Assembly (NCBI GenBank): GCA_963726995.1 | Contig: CAVSEP010000004.1 | Location: 333,381-397,380, forward strand | Direction of reading: 5' to 3' | Length of the DNA stretch: 64,000 nt | DNA from: an uncultured Pseudomonadota bacterium | GTDB taxonomy: Bacteria; Pseudomonadota; Gammaproteobacteria; Steroidobacterales; Steroidobacteraceae | In this document: piece after piece, positions 63,955 to 64,000 of the stretch | Position numbering within the stretch: position 1 is the stretch's first letter | How the letters are laid out: each line of letters opens with the position of its first letter | The notes under the pieces: generated by a model | What the model was told of the DNA's origin: nothing | The model's input: the letters and a program-made list of their open reading frames with translations, nothing else | Databases searched by the model: none | Position numbers and translations under genes: made by a program

Positions 63955-64000
63955 CGGCTTCCTGTTCCGCCTTGGTCTCCAGCAGGTAACCGAAGCCGCG
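63947..64000 (-). CDS. 3' end of an OmpR-family response regulator (runs off the window)
   Basis: Translates to ...RGFGYLLETKAEQEADA*, the typical winged-helix C-terminus. ATGCCTGA overlap with the kinase start. Confidence 0.55.
   Translation of the reverse strand, partial: RGFGYLLETKAEQEADA

Noticed and set aside
1-64000. Search for mobile elements, integrases, phage genes, reverse transcriptases, defence-system hallmarks (nucleases with ATPases, Cas, restriction-modification) and rRNA.
   Set aside because: None of the ORF translations showed transposase, integrase, RT, Cas or REase motifs. The only TA-like module is decayed. The stand-alone methyltransferase (52104..52940) has no nuclease partner and looks like an RNA or small-molecule methyltransferase.

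Overview
High-GC (about 64-66% by eye) proteobacterial chromosome segment, probably a gammaproteobacterium because it carries TamAB, System I Ccm, LpxL, DsbA and MltA. It is densely coding, with about 60 genes. I saw no transposase, integrase, CRISPR array or rRNA. There is one tRNA-Leu(UAA). All family names come from motif recognition by eye, since no database search was possible. Layout, left to right: (i) a secreted Pro/Arg-tailed protein and a MacAB-like ATPase-permease-HlyD operon. (ii) A beta-CASP RNase / AMP-phosphorylase-like / Prs-like operon next to MgtC. (iii) A small gene graveyard holding a truncated membrane-protein gene and a decayed vapBC module. (iv) A large divergent locus at 12.9-26.3 kb. 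One arm encodes a sigma54 response regulator, an intramembrane-type histidine kinase and two orphan FtsX permeases. The other arm encodes HlyD, an ABC ATPase, a duplicated FtsX permease, two tandem paralogous secreted triple-repeat proteins and a TPR protein. This is my best candidate for an uncharacterised system. (v) BlaI plus an M56/BlaR1-TonB_C sensor, followed by stress-type membrane genes. (vi) An orphan FecR, an AAA+ ATPase and a DUF3293 protein. (vii) Small secreted or uncharacterised proteins, a SWIM protein, HIT, LpxL, an M16 peptidase, a CXXCH protein, MltA, a dehydrogenase and a transketolase-like gene. (viii) tamA-tamB, a methyltransferase, dsbA, an SRAP-like gene, a ROK kinase and tRNA-Leu. 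(ix) A complete ccmABCDEFGHI operon in which ccmC and ccmF carry clustered 1-nt indels. (x) A KGG-repeat stress protein and a two-component pair at the right edge. Many long ORFs in the track are antisense shadows typical of GC-rich DNA and were not called.
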